A model generated the notes under the pieces. That model made no database searches. It saw only the letters and a program-made list of their open reading frames with translations, and was not told where the DNA came from. A stretch of DNA of 64,000 nucleotides, taken from the IMG/VR virus record IMGVR_UViG_3300042502_001233, positions 298,019 to 362,018 of that record; one strand, written 5' to 3'. Below are positions 48,514 to 58,271 of the stretch, piece by piece (the first letter of the stretch is position 1; each line of letters begins with the position of its first letter). The position numbers were made by a program, and so were the translations under genes.

Positions 48514-49911
48514 TTATTTTAAATGAAACCCCATTGAGGTTTTTTCTTTCTCTACTTGGCTAGCGTAGAAACCTTTGTATGACTCAGTTATAAGACTTAC
48601 AGTATCAGTTACTGACCATTCTGGGTCATCTTCTGACATCTCTACAATGTTATCAGCCAAATTCGCAATAAATGCACCAGTAATGTTAGCTTTTTTACCG
48701 TTAATTGTTCCAGTAAGCGCATCGTACACTTCTTGAATTTGCCATTTCTCTGGTAAGTGAATTTGACAAACTCTGATGATTTGGTCATCGTTCAAGAATG
48801 TATAATCCAACGTAAAGTTAAAACGTCCAGGTCTCTCAGCCGCCTTATCCACCAAACCTTTATCGTTCGTAGAGGCTAATAAACTTATTTTACGTTTCTT
48901 AACACCGTCAAAGAACGATAAGAACTGACCTAACAATTTGGTATAGCTACCGTTATCACGTGAACCCAAGAACAAGTCGATGTCGTCCATGATAATAACT
49001 GCGTTATCAAAAATCTCGCAAGCTTCCATGATTGTTGTTAAATCCGAAGTATATTCAAACTCTGGGATGATGAATGTAACGTTTGGTACTAATTTACGAC
49101 AAATCTCACGAATACTTTCGGTTTTACCAGTTCCTGGTTCTCCGTTAAGAAGATACCTTGCGCTACCACCTCTGGAAATACGAGAAATGATATGTTGGAT
49201 GTGTCTGTTTTGAAGGTCATTTAATATAAGCTCGTTACCAGCTTCTTCAATATCTACCTTTTCGATTCCTCTGAATCTACCTTCTTTCATTTTAACCTTG
49301 ATTACTTTACCTTTGTACTCAGAGTGGTTAAAGGATAGTTCTTTGATTTTCTTAACAAAGGTGTTAAATTTATCATTAACTAATCTTTCTTTTGAACTTA
49401 AGTGTAATTGAATACACAAGTCACCTCTTTGGTCCAAGAACATTTTGGTTTGAACGATGTAATCGTTATTGTTGTCTGGTAACTTACAATTAAATACGTA
49501 TGAACCAGTGATTTCAAATTCACCTCCAAAGTTAACTCTACCCAATTGGTCAACATTACAATAAGAGCTTACTGTTACGTAAGTTTCATCTTTACGTTTG
49601 TATTGGTCGAATAGGAAGCCGTTTATGATTGCAAATTCTACGAAACTGATTTCGATAGTATAACCGTTGGAACCATATTCTCCGATATCATTATCCTCAT
49701 CTTCACCAAAATCACTTGGGAAATCGTATGGATGTTCTTCACCCATCATATCATTAAATTCCTCAGAACTTATGGATATAGTTTTAATCATTGGTCCATT
49801 ATCACCACCCACTTCTCTCATTAGTCTTTTAAGATTATCTGGTAGATGATTTTCAGCGTTTAGACTGTTTTCTGTGTTTTTTTCTGTTTTCTTTTTAGCC
49901 ATGGTGGTCAA
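48514..49911 (-). CDS. AAA+ ATPase
   Basis: GEPGTGKT, IIMDDID, STN, RPGRF. Confidence 0.9.
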   Translation of the reverse strand: MTTMAKKKTEKNTENSLNAENHLPDNLKRLMREVGGDNGPMIKTISISSEEFNDMMGEEHPYDFPSDFGEDEDNDIGEYGSNGYTIEISFVEFAIINGFLFDQYKRKDETYVTVSSYCNVDQLGRVNFGGEFEITGSYVFNCKLPDNNNDYIVQTKMFLDQRGDLCIQLHLSSKERLVNDKFNTFVKKIKELSFNHSEYKGKVIKVKMKEGRFRGIEKVDIEEAGNELILNDLQNRHIQHIISRISRGGSARYLLNGEPGTGKTESIREICRKLVPNVTFIIPEFEYTSDLTTIMEACEIFDNAVIIMDDIDLFLGSRDNGSYTKLLGQFLSFFDGVKKRKISLLASTNDKGLVDKAAERPGRFNFTLDYTFLNDDQIIRVCQIHLPEKWQIQEVYDALTGTINGKKANITGAFIANLADNIVEMSEDDPEWSVTDTVSLITESYKGFYASQVEKEKTSMGFHLK

Positions 49912-50488
49912 TTAATTCGATTACTTTACTGTTCATTATGCTTTTAATTTCATTGTAACTTATGGGAGCATAACCCCAACCATTACATCCTAAATCCAAT
50001 ACTTTACGTTTATAGTAATCTGGAAGCAGCGTTACTAGACTCTGGTGACAGTGTCCATGTAACATATATTCACCGTGGTGGTGTTTATCCCAAGATAGTA
50101 TTGGATAGTGCATCATTACGATACCTTGTTTTTTTCTTGGGTTATCATGGTCCGTTACTGAAAGACTTACATAGTCGCTTATTGTTTCAAAGCGTTTTAA
50201 ACTACGAATGTCTTTCTCACGGTCATGGTTGCCTAGAATAAAATGTATCTTACCTTTTAGTTGGTCAACAATGTGTTGTGTTGTTACACCGTTTTTCTCA
50301 AAGGATAAATCCCCAAGATAAAACACAACATCATCATCGCCAACCACTTCATTCCAATTGTCGATTAATGTTTGATTCATTTCCTCGACATTGTTAAACG
50401 GACGGCCATCATATTTTATCACGTTCGCATGACAAAAGTGATAATCTGATGCAAACCAAATCCGTTGGTGGTCAATGTTAATCCTCAT
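49895..50488 (-). CDS. calcineurin-like phosphoesterase
   Basis: SDYHFCH, LGD, GNHD, HYP, HGHCH. Confidence 0.92.
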   Translation of the reverse strand: MRINIDHQRIWFASDYHFCHANVIKYDGRPFNNVEEMNQTLIDNWNEVVGDDDVVFYLGDLSFEKNGVTTQHIVDQLKGKIHFILGNHDREKDIRSLKRFETISDYVSLSVTDHDNPRKKQGIVMMHYPILSWDKHHHGEYMLHGHCHQSLVTLLPDYYKRKVLDLGCNGWGYAPISYNEIKSIMNSKVIELIDHHG

Positions 50489-51074
50489 TCTTTTCTAATT
50501 GTTCTTTTAGTTTCAACAGAGCACTGCTGGCATCACCTAACGTGTATGTCGCTTGTTTCTTTAAAGCTGGCGCCATTTTGTTAACTTGTTTTTGCACGTC
50601 TGAGTCGTTGATAGACTTAGCTCTGTTTACAAAAACATCACGTCTAAGACTAGACAATAGCCAATTAATGTGTTTGTCACCTTTTAATGACTTGGTAATA
50701 ACCCAATCATAAAAGTGTTGGAAGTTTTCGTAAGACATATAGGTTGTTGTCCCTTCCCCAGAAACACCCATTTTTTTATCACCAAACAATTTTGCAACTG
50801 CTGATGTTTTGTCTGTACTTTCGTCAAAAGCTATTTTCAAGCTTTCCATAAAATTCTTTTTAAAGTCTTCGGATTGGATACCTTCTAAGATATCTTGCGT
50901 AGACAATAAAGATTCTCTGGTGATAACACATTTGAAATCACCTTTTGGTCTGTCCCAAACTTTCTGAACTTTTGTGAAAGGCACATAAGACCTAACCAAA
51001 TGGTTTAAAAAGTTTTTACTCTTTGGGTTCGCAAGCATTTCATCTAAACTTGCAAAAATTTGTTCTTGACTCAT
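50478..51074 (-). CDS. hypothetical protein
   Basis: 198-aa ORF. Confidence 0.75.
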   Translation of the reverse strand: MSQEQIFASLDEMLANPKSKNFLNHLVRSYVPFTKVQKVWDRPKGDFKCVITRESLLSTQDILEGIQSEDFKKNFMESLKIAFDESTDKTSAVAKLFGDKKMGVSGEGTTTYMSYENFQHFYDWVITKSLKGDKHINWLLSSLRRDVFVNRAKSINDSDVQKQVNKMAPALKKQATYTLGDASSALLKLKEQLEKNED

Positions 51075-51098
51075 ATTTTAATTTTGTAAAATTACATA

Positions 51099-51494
51099 TT
51101 ATCCTAAAGCTTCTTTAGCCAAACGTGATACTATCGAATTGTCAGCTTGACCAACATAGGTCTTGTTAAAAGTACCCATAATCAAACCAATGTTGTTTGC
51201 ACCACCAGCAACTAAGTCTTTTATTACAGTAGCAATTTGCTCTTCTGTCATCATGGTTGGTAAGTATGGTCCCAAGAAACCTAATTCAGTTAAAGCTTCT
51301 TCTGAATTTGTCAATTTCAAAGATTTTTCCATTTTCTTTAAGATTGACATAACAACAGCATCTGTCGCTACAGTTCCTCTACCTTCTTCATTTTGGATTT
51401 CTCCTTTTAAAATACCTAAAAAGTTCTTTCTAACCATGTCTTTGGTTTTAAAAGCTTCCATGAAATCTGTGTGAATTCTTTCTTTAAGTGTCAT
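51099..51494 (-). CDS. GatB/YqeY domain protein
   Basis: LKERI..D...AFK, YLPTMMTEEQI, IGLIMG, GQAD. Confidence 0.85.
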   Translation of the reverse strand: MTLKERIHTDFMEAFKTKDMVRKNFLGILKGEIQNEEGRGTVATDAVVMSILKKMEKSLKLTNSEEALTELGFLGPYLPTMMTEEQIATVIKDLVAGGANNIGLIMGTFNKTYVGQADNSIVSRLAKEALG

Positions 51495-51502
51495 TTTTAT
51501 AA

Positions 51503-51781
51503 TTAATTTTTGTTTACAATGTAATAATGATAACCTTTATCATTATCTATAGCGTAATACGCTAACGTTATTTCACCTTTTTCTACTCTACTACTAAATT
51601 GTTTTCTTTCATCCATACTAGCATCTTGAGCGATTCTAATATATTTGTCAACACGTTTGGGTTTAGTTTCTTTTGGTGTCTCTTTAACCTTAACCACTGG
51701 TTCAATAACTGGAAGTGGTATAGGCACTTCTCTTTTCTTGGGTTCTAGTTTGGTTCCACTTGGTTTTATTCTCTCAGCCAT
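51503..51781 (-). CDS. hypothetical protein
   Basis: 92-aa ORF. Confidence 0.65.
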   Translation of the reverse strand: MAERIKPSGTKLEPKKREVPIPLPVIEPVVKVKETPKETKPKRVDKYIRIAQDASMDERKQFSSRVEKGEITLAYYAIDNDKGYHYYIVNKN

Positions 51782-51807
51782 TTTTACAAATATACTAATT
51801 TAATTTA

Positions 51808-52314
51808 TTAGATGCAATCTTTATTGTTGTTTTTTTTATATAATTCAAACCTAAACTTATATCCGTTTTCTTCGTGTATCTCACTACCTTCAATCAAACA
51901 CCAATCTTTATGGTCTAAACCTTCCAAATATATATCACCTTCAACCTCACTATAAATCTGTGTTAAATACAATCTATGAGCGTATTTAAAAGCTTCCTTG
52001 TACAAACCAGCACCACCGATGATAAAAACTTCTTTATCACTATTTTCATGTACCTTTAAAAGGTTTTCTAAATCAAAAGTAACAGAAGCACCATTAGCTA
52101 CGTAGTTTTTATCTCGACTCATAACGATATTCGTTCTGTTAAGTAATGGTCTATATTTCTCTGGTATACTTTCCCAACACTTTCTACCCATCACCACAAC
52201 GTGACCTTTGGTTGTGTCTTTGAAATATTTCATGTCGGTTGGCAAATGCCAAGGCAAGTCGTTATCTTTACCGATAACTAAATTAGTTGATGTTGCTACT
52301 ATTATGTTTATCAT
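51808..52314 (-). CDS. folA: dihydrofolate reductase
   Basis: VIGKDNDLPWHLPTDMKYFK, VMGRKCWESI, RPL..R, IIGGA. Confidence 0.97.
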   Translation of the reverse strand: MINIIVATSTNLVIGKDNDLPWHLPTDMKYFKDTTKGHVVVMGRKCWESIPEKYRPLLNRTNIVMSRDKNYVANGASVTFDLENLLKVHENSDKEVFIIGGAGLYKEAFKYAHRLYLTQIYSEVEGDIYLEGLDHKDWCLIEGSEIHEENGYKFRFELYKKNNNKDCI

Positions 52315-52492
52315 CTTTTTGTTGTTTTAAAGTTTCTTCTGTTATTGATACTAAAGTATGTTTGTCGTATGTCATTACATCAAATACCACTGACCTATTT
52401 TGGTCTAACCAACGCTTAAATATTAGTTCACCTTGTCCGTTGAACAAATACAACTCATTTCCGTGTATTTCTTTTCTAAAAGTTCCTTCCAT
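52283..52492 (-). CDS. hypothetical protein
   Basis: 69-aa ORF. Confidence 0.6.
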   Translation of the reverse strand: MEGTFRKEIHGNELYLFNGQGELIFKRWLDQNRSVVFDVMTYDKHTLVSITEETLKQQKDDKHNSSNIN

Positions 52493-52494
52493 AA

Positions 52495-53328
52495 TTAATT
52501 TTTTAAAGATTCCAACATTGTCTTAAATAATTTGTGTGTTGGTAAATCGTTAGGGTCACCAGCAAAAGGATTTTCAATTTCACTACTAATAATTTCAACA
52601 CCAGCAATTATATAATAAATTAACATCACTAAAGGTACTGACCATATATCTAAGTCATGAAACATACCAAATGGCAATGTCAACAAATAAATCATCATAC
52701 TAATTTTTATATGGAATACGTAGGATAACGGTATTGGTGTATTTTTGATACGTTCCAATTGATTTGAATATTCCATCATTTTCAAAAAGGAACCGTTTAA
52801 CATTGATTTAACGTTATCATCTTGTTTAAGGTATGAAACGCTTTTGAACATTTCCCTAAGGTATTGTGTTTGTGTTAAATGAAAAACACTTGATGGTTCA
52901 TTGTCTTGCCCTTTAGTCAGATAATTTCTAAGTGAGGTTAAAAAAGTAGTTAAATTCTGTTTGATAGCTGTTTCGTAATTAGTATCAAATCTGTCAAACT
53001 GTGATTTATTTAAACTATCTAACCTAGCCGTAACTATCGAAACTTCGCTGGATAAACTAGCAATAATCTTTCTACCATCCCACCAGCGGTCATAAGCAGT
53101 GTTGGTTCTAAAAACTAGTAATAAACCAATAACAATACCGATTAGACTATGTGTCGATGATGGTATAGTAAATGATGTTATTTCAAAGAATTTTATTGAA
53201 AACCAGATTAAAAAAGTAAATAACCCCATCCCTATTGTTCTGTATAACAAAACTTTTAAATAAAGGTTTGGTTTTGAAAATAATAAATAAAAAATATTGT
53301 TTTTTATTTGTTTGGTAACATTATCCAT
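52495..53328 (-). CDS. bestrophin-family channel (YneE-like)
   Basis: LLLVFRTNTAYDRWWDGRK, ERIKNTPIP, EIENPF..DPNDLP. Confidence 0.93.
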   Translation of the reverse strand: MDNVTKQIKNNIFYLLFSKPNLYLKVLLYRTIGMGLFTFLIWFSIKFFEITSFTIPSSTHSLIGIVIGLLLVFRTNTAYDRWWDGRKIIASLSSEVSIVTARLDSLNKSQFDRFDTNYETAIKQNLTTFLTSLRNYLTKGQDNEPSSVFHLTQTQYLREMFKSVSYLKQDDNVKSMLNGSFLKMMEYSNQLERIKNTPIPLSYVFHIKISMMIYLLTLPFGMFHDLDIWSVPLVMLIYYIIAGVEIISSEIENPFAGDPNDLPTHKLFKTMLESLKN

Positions 53329-53756
53329 TATATTTCTTCTTCTTTTTTAATTAATAGTTTTTCAAAACTTAAACCATGTGGGTGTGGTTTTTTATTCTTC
53401 ATTGATACAAACGTAAAATTTGCCGCACATATATCTTCTATATCACCTTTTTGACTCTCTCTAGACACACTAATCTTAATTTGTAAAGAAGAGCGCCCTA
53501 TTGCCTTTATTTCAGCTGTCATAGTAATCAAATCACCCAAGAAAGCTGGTTTCTTGAAATCAATCTTATCAACACTGGCAGTAACTGCCCCATCACAATC
53601 TGTACCGTACAATGCACGTCTTACCACCTTAACACCAGCAACATCCATATGGCTCATAACACAACCACCAAACAACGTGTCGGCATAGTTAAGGTCTTGT
53701 GGGAATACTGTAAATGAATGTGTGGCTTTAAGTCTGTCACCAACAAATTTTTCCAT
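53328..53756 (-). CDS. hotdog-fold acyl-CoA thioesterase
   Basis: VFPQDLN..TLFGG..MSHMD, VTASVD, GRSS. Confidence 0.9.
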   Translation of the reverse strand: MEKFVGDRLKATHSFTVFPQDLNYADTLFGGCVMSHMDVAGVKVVRRALYGTDCDGAVTASVDKIDFKKPAFLGDLITMTAEIKAIGRSSLQIKISVSRESQKGDIEDICAANFTFVSMKNKKPHPHGLSFEKLLIKKEEEI

Positions 53757-53758
53757 GA

Positions 53759-54007
53759 TTAGTCTTTTAATGTTTTGTTTAAACGAATTACTGAATGATT
53801 AACCAAATCATTTCTATCAGCATAACCATTATCATGTGCTGCATCAATCATAAAACACAACGCTTCTTGTAAACAAAGTATATCTTTGTTTATCATAGCT
53901 TTAGCTTCTTCTGGATTGGTTGGTGCTGGTTCTGTATCAGCTGGCTTTGTTATGTAAATTGGAATTTGATTATCGGTATCTACCGTTATAATTAATGAAG
54001 TTTTCAT
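53759..54007 (-). CDS. hypothetical protein
   Basis: 82-aa ORF. Confidence 0.6.
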   Translation of the reverse strand: MKTSLIITVDTDNQIPIYITKPADTEPAPTNPEEAKAMINKDILCLQEALCFMIDAAHDNGYADRNDLVNHSVIRLNKTLKD

Positions 54008-54080
54008 TTTGTATAATTTTTTTACAAATATACTCCAATAAATCTAATTTTACAAGTATTTATAATAAAATTTTTTAACT

Positions 54081-54233
54081 ATGGCAAAAACACAAACAAA
54101 ATCAGCAAGTGTTTCCGTAAGAATCGAGAAACCTAAAAAGAAAAGACCAGGTGTTCACTCTAAATGCAAATCTTCAAAATTGAAGAAATCAAAGAATTAT
54201 TTGAAAAAGAAAGTTGGACAAGGAGCTAGGTAA
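54081..54233 (+). CDS. small basic protein (50 aa, MAKTQTKS...KNYLKKKVGQGAR)
   Basis: Read manually; TATTTAT motif at 54057-54063 upstream and bidirectional terminator downstream. Confidence 0.7.
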   Translation: MAKTQTKSASVSVRIEKPKKKRPGVHSKCKSSKLKKSKNYLKKKVGQGAR

Positions 54234-54237
54234 AATA

Positions 54238-54263
54238 AAAAGAGGGGTATCACCCCTCTTTTT
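54238..54263. terminator. bidirectional intrinsic terminator
   Basis: AAAAGAGGGG-TATCA-CCCCTCTTTT between convergent genes. Confidence 0.85.
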
Positions 54264-55744
54264 TAATATGTAAATTTATGCCAAGTATCATAATTTTTAT
54301 CTAAAGCATCCATAGCCAGTTCAACTTCTTTTAAACATTCGTTGATACCACCACCAACTAGCACCACGTTGTTATAAGAACCCAAAAAGTCCATTAAGTC
54401 TGGAATATTAATACAATCCTCAGAATCTTCCATCAATTCTCTGATGTTTTTAGAACCGTATTGTTTAACAAATGCTTTCCAGAATTTTTTATCCAATTCT
54501 CTAGAATCGTTTATATCGTTATCTCGCATAAACTTAACCAGATTTACCAATTCTTCATCATCCCCACCACGGTCCATACAGTTTCTAAAGAACGCGTAAC
54601 CTTTGTCGTATAATCTAGCACCATAAGCTATATCTTCATCCAACCCGTTTTCTACCAACCAATCTCTATATTCATGTTCTGAAACCATACCCATAGTGTC
54701 TTCACCATTGTATAAAAACGTTAAATCAGATAATTCGTGTATATGCGTGTTGATGTATTCGAATAATTCAGTTTGTATACCACCCATCCATGAAGCGTAT
54801 TCTGGTTGAACGTCAACAACTATCAAATGTCTACCGACAGCATTTTCCGTTATCAAAGGCGTATCTTCATTGATTTCACCACTAGACAATTTTTTGTTGT
54901 GTTCAATAACTCTATCTAATATTTGATGATAAGCTTGAGATAACCTTCTCATAAGTCTTTTTTTGAAGTTTGGTGTCATTTTCTCATAGGCACCAAAGTT
55001 ATTCTCAAATTGAGTTTTAATACTACTAAAAGGAACTGGTGTTAAAAAACCATTAGGTTTGTTTTTATCCATTCCGTTGTTAGTAATATAGAACTGAATT
55101 TCTTTTATAGCTTGGGTAAACCTAGCGTTAATTTCGTATTCAAGTTTATCGTAGTCATCGCGTTGTTTTTGTGTGATAGGTGTACCTTTTGGTAAGTTAC
55201 CGTATTCTTTGTCGTAGTCATAACCTCTTTTGCTGGCCATGAACATACCTTGACTTCTCCAAGAGTCATAAGCATGTTGTAATTCGTGTAAAATTGTTGA
55301 TAGAACTTTTCTATCATACAAACGACCATGTACTTGGTTGCACATCTGGTTGTATATTTCTTGGTTGATTTGTTTACCTGATTTTAATATAGGGAAAACT
55401 ATATCTTCTATGGATTTTTGTAGTTTAGACAATTCATACCTAACAATGATATCACCACTAATTTCATTATGTGCGACAAAATCACCCAAAGAACTCAAAC
55501 TACCACTATATCTAAAACCTAAATCATATTCGTTGACAAAATCACTTAAATTTAAGTATTTGTTTCTGTTTATTTTGCTAAACATATCTTGAATTCTATC
55601 AAGGATATTTAATGTAGATTTTTTATCAATCGTTTCACTTACAAAATACCTAATACTAGTCATAAATACACTATCAGCCAAATTTTGCAATTCGACGTGT
55701 GTATTCATATCTTCTCTAAGTAGATGTTTGATTAACCTTTTCAT
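54263..55744 (-). CDS. two-domain protein: HExxH metallopeptidase-like plus cysteine-hydrolase (isochorismatase/nicotinamidase)-like
   Basis: ILHELQHAYD...EINAR; LIVVDVQ...DKGY...LVGGGINECL. Confidence 0.65.
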   Translation of the reverse strand: MKRLIKHLLREDMNTHVELQNLADSVFMTSIRYFVSETIDKKSTLNILDRIQDMFSKINRNKYLNLSDFVNEYDLGFRYSGSLSSLGDFVAHNEISGDIIVRYELSKLQKSIEDIVFPILKSGKQINQEIYNQMCNQVHGRLYDRKVLSTILHELQHAYDSWRSQGMFMASKRGYDYDKEYGNLPKGTPITQKQRDDYDKLEYEINARFTQAIKEIQFYITNNGMDKNKPNGFLTPVPFSSIKTQFENNFGAYEKMTPNFKKRLMRRLSQAYHQILDRVIEHNKKLSSGEINEDTPLITENAVGRHLIVVDVQPEYASWMGGIQTELFEYINTHIHELSDLTFLYNGEDTMGMVSEHEYRDWLVENGLDEDIAYGARLYDKGYAFFRNCMDRGGDDEELVNLVKFMRDNDINDSRELDKKFWKAFVKQYGSKNIRELMEDSEDCINIPDLMDFLGSYNNVVLVGGGINECLKEVELAMDALDKNYDTWHKFTY

Positions 55745-55750
55745 ATAAGT

Positions 55751-55864
55751 TTATGCGTTCTTTAATCTGTTGATGATTTCTTCGTTTTGTTTAACCAAAT
55801 TTCTTCTTTTAACCACATTACCTCTGTTAGGTTTAGCCGCTGGTCTTTTTGTTGCTCTCGCCAT
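55751..55864 (-). CDS. small basic protein (37 aa, MARATKRPAAK...)
   Basis: Read manually; directly behind a TATTTAT motif. Confidence 0.55.
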   Translation of the reverse strand: MARATKRPAAKPNRGNVVKRRNLVKQNEEIINRLKNA

Positions 55865-55931
55865 AATATTTAATTTTATTATAAATATCCAGTTAAAAAT
55901 AAAAAAACCTATACATTGTATAGGTTTTCAT

Positions 55932-56189
55932 AACAAAGTGAGCTTAGCCGCGATTCTGTTTTAATCCATAATTTATCTTTGCCACTACCCGTCTATCGTC
56001 ACAATCCAAGTTCCCTTGCTAAGACTGTATGTGTTGCATCCCGTGTTGCGGTAGTAGTAACGAATGTTCAGATGTTAACTAAAGTATTTAAACTTAGGTG
56101 CCAGCCATCTGCTGCTTACTAATTCTTCTACCTCTTGGAGAGATGTCGCGAACTTCCTCTGTTGCCAGCTATGGATTCTCTGCTTTGTT
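55932..56189 (-). ncRNA. rnpB: compact RNase P RNA
   Basis: CR-I GAGGAAGTTCGCGA pairs with CR-V ACAGAATCGCGGCTA (P4); CR-IV AGATAAAT; P1 ACAAAG/CTTTGT, P2 ATCCATA/TATGGAT, P3 CTG-GCAA-CAG; terminator hairpin near 55905-55928. Confidence 0.85.
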
Positions 56190-56192
56190 TTG

Positions 56193-56308
56193 TGGGGCGG
56201 CTGGAATTGCACCAACGTTTTTCAAATTTACAGTTTGGTTTTGTGAATTAAATTGCTGCAAACATTCTTCATAAACAGAATGTGTTGTTCTAACATTTTA
56301 ACACCCCC
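56193..56308 (-). ncRNA. degenerate tRNA-Tyr(GTA)-like RNA with inserted CAGCAA stem
   Basis: CAAA-CTGTAAA-TTTG anticodon arm; insert ACATTCT/AGAATGT-TTGCAGCAA between D region and anticodon arm. Confidence 0.55.
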
Positions 56309-56333
56309 ATATTAGTCACAAAAAAGTGACCAG

Positions 56334-56407
56334 TGCAGTAGACGAGACTCGAACTCGCAACCCTTGACTTGGCAAGCCAATACTCTAACCAATTGAGCTA
56401 CTACTGC
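56334..56407 (-). tRNA. tRNA-Gly(GCC)
   Basis: Full cloverleaf; TTGGC-TTGCCAA-GTCAA. Confidence 0.93.
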
Positions 56408-56546
56408 ATTTATGCCTCTCTCTGCATCCGTCACACCCCATTTGTATTCTGTTAATCTCCTAAGACTGTTTGCTACGCTTGACATAAAGTCTCAGCCCTT
56501 AAAAGGATTTTCCTAACGGTAAATCGGTGTCAAAAACCAGTATTTC

Positions 56547-57359
56547 TTAATACCACCACCATTTAGCTTGGTTTCTGTTTTGGTAATGAAACTCTTGGAA
56601 GTCTTGACTCCAAGCGCTAGCACTGGTCCAATCAGTCCAATCACTATCGGTGATAAACTCTCTTTCAGTCATTTCGTTACCTTGTTCTTTGTGCCACTCA
56701 TGAGAGTCGTTAATGAACATGGTGTTGAGGTTCTTTCTAAGAGCCATTTTGTCTTTGCGTCTGTTTCTTTTTGAGACACTTTTTAAGAACCAAGAATAAC
56801 CACCCTCATTGTAAGGATTCATAATAGTTCTAAGATGCCAAAGTTGGTCTCTTACAAATCTTAATTCTCGTTCTAACTCACCATCAACCACTTTACGGTG
56901 AGTGATGTAACTGTTTCTGATTTTCATAACAAAATAAAAATCTGGAACGTAAGACGCTGAGTAATATTTAGCTATAGTACCGTTCCAACGTGGTTTATCA
57001 TCTAAATGATTGTGTCGGAAATACTTTGCCACTTGTGGCGGCAATTTTAAATATTGTTCCTCAGACATTAATTTTATCTTAGGTTTTCTATCAATCACAT
57101 AACCTCTCTTTTTTTCGTAGAACACAGTCGTTGGAGACCATGTTAACGTAGAGCAATTATCAATGATGTATTGGAATACCCAAGCATCTTGTCTTCTAGA
57201 AATGTCTTCTCTTAATTCCAAATAAGCTTCATAGCCTTTGTGTATTGGTTTTTCAAGTTCAACATAACCTAAATTTTTGATGGCCATTTCAAGCTCATCT
57301 TCTTTTTCCATTAACGCTAAATAGCGTTTGTAATCTTTGTGTTTTGTGTTTTTACTCAT
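56547..57359 (-). CDS. hypothetical protein within tRNA cluster
   Basis: 270-aa ORF. Confidence 0.75.
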   Translation of the reverse strand: MSKNTKHKDYKRYLALMEKEDELEMAIKNLGYVELEKPIHKGYEAYLELREDISRRQDAWVFQYIIDNCSTLTWSPTTVFYEKKRGYVIDRKPKIKLMSEEQYLKLPPQVAKYFRHNHLDDKPRWNGTIAKYYSASYVPDFYFVMKIRNSYITHRKVVDGELERELRFVRDQLWHLRTIMNPYNEGGYSWFLKSVSKRNRRKDKMALRKNLNTMFINDSHEWHKEQGNEMTEREFITDSDWTDWTSASAWSQDFQEFHYQNRNQAKWWWY

Positions 57360-57488
57360 TTGTTCTCGGTATAGGGATTTGACCCTTAGTACCTCGAACC
57401 TTTTAAAATTGCAATCATAGTTTTCCTTTTTTATTAATTAGTATTTTATTAGAGTACAAATATACGAACTCTTTTTATAAATAGCAAG

Positions 57489-57758
57489 TTATTTGTTATA
57501 ATTTTTTAAATTATGTTCTACACACATAACCGCTTCTGCGATAGCCACTTTGGCATCTTCAACGTCTTTTGCCCAAGTAACCACACCCAAATTAGGTATC
57601 GTTACCTTGATGAAACCGTCTGGTCTTCTTTCAATGACGCTATTTCTGGTATCTTCTACCAACTTCTCAATTCTTTCTCTGTGCTTTCTAGAGCGTTCTG
57701 CTAACCTAGCTTTACTTTCCTCTGAAAGCTTTCCACCTAAGTATACAAAACTTTCCAT
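57489..57758 (-). CDS. hypothetical protein with HicB-like C-terminal segment
   Basis: VTIPNLGVVTWAKDVEDAKVAIAEAV. Confidence 0.55.
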   Translation of the reverse strand: MESFVYLGGKLSEESKARLAERSRKHRERIEKLVEDTRNSVIERRPDGFIKVTIPNLGVVTWAKDVEDAKVAIAEAVMCVEHNLKNYNK

Positions 57759-57773
57759 AATTAATATTTTTAG

Positions 57774-57853
57774 AGCCGATGGAGGGACTCGAACCCCCGA
57801 TGTTTGTATACCGCTTTACAAAAGCGGTGCTGTCGCCACTGAGCCACATCGGC
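57774..57853 (-). tRNA. tRNA-Thr(TGT), enlarged variable loop
   Basis: GCCGATG acceptor; CCGCT-TTTGTAA-AGCGG. Confidence 0.85.
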
Positions 57854-57956
57854 ATTTAATAGCTATCAAATCGTGGATATCATTGATTTGAAATAAACTT
57901 ATTATCCTTTCTGCAAGGAATGACAACCATCTCTGAAGTTTACTTATCACTATTTG

Positions 57957-58030
57957 AGCCTCAGACAGGAGTCGAACCTGCGACCTGCTGATTACAAATC
58001 AGCTGCTCTGGCCATCTGAGCTACTGAGGC
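57957..58030 (-). tRNA. tRNA-Thr(TGT)
   Basis: GCTGA-TTTGTAA-TCAGC. Confidence 0.95.
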
Positions 58031-58038
58031 ATATATTG

Positions 58039-58122
58039 TGGGCAAGGAGGGATTCGAACCCCCGAAGTCGAATGACAGATGTTTTACAGACACCGCGCTT
58101 TGAGCCGCTTGCATACTTACCC
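58039..58122 (-). tRNA. tRNA-Tyr(GTA)
   Basis: GGTGT-CTGTAAA-ACATC, long variable arm. Confidence 0.93.
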
Positions 58123-58186
58123 ATAACGGCCTATAACGTTTGCCACTCGATGGGTATTTCTTTCTCGCAGTACCATTTCTGCCGTG

Positions 58187-58265
58187 TGGGCCTAGAGGGA
58201 ATCGAACCTACAAGAATTAACACGATTTTACAGACCGCTGAGCTCACCACCTGCTCAATAGACCC
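58187..58265 (-). tRNA. tRNA-Tyr(GTA), imperfect T stem
   Basis: GCGGT-CTGTAAA-ATCGT. Confidence 0.75.
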
Positions 58266-58271
58266 AATTTC

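Noticed and set aside
56410-56546. tmRNA (ACTGGTTTTTGAC resembles an ssrA 5' segment; smpB is present)
   Set aside because: No GGGG acceptor strand, T arm or tag ORF, and it is too short; left as unassigned non-coding sequence.
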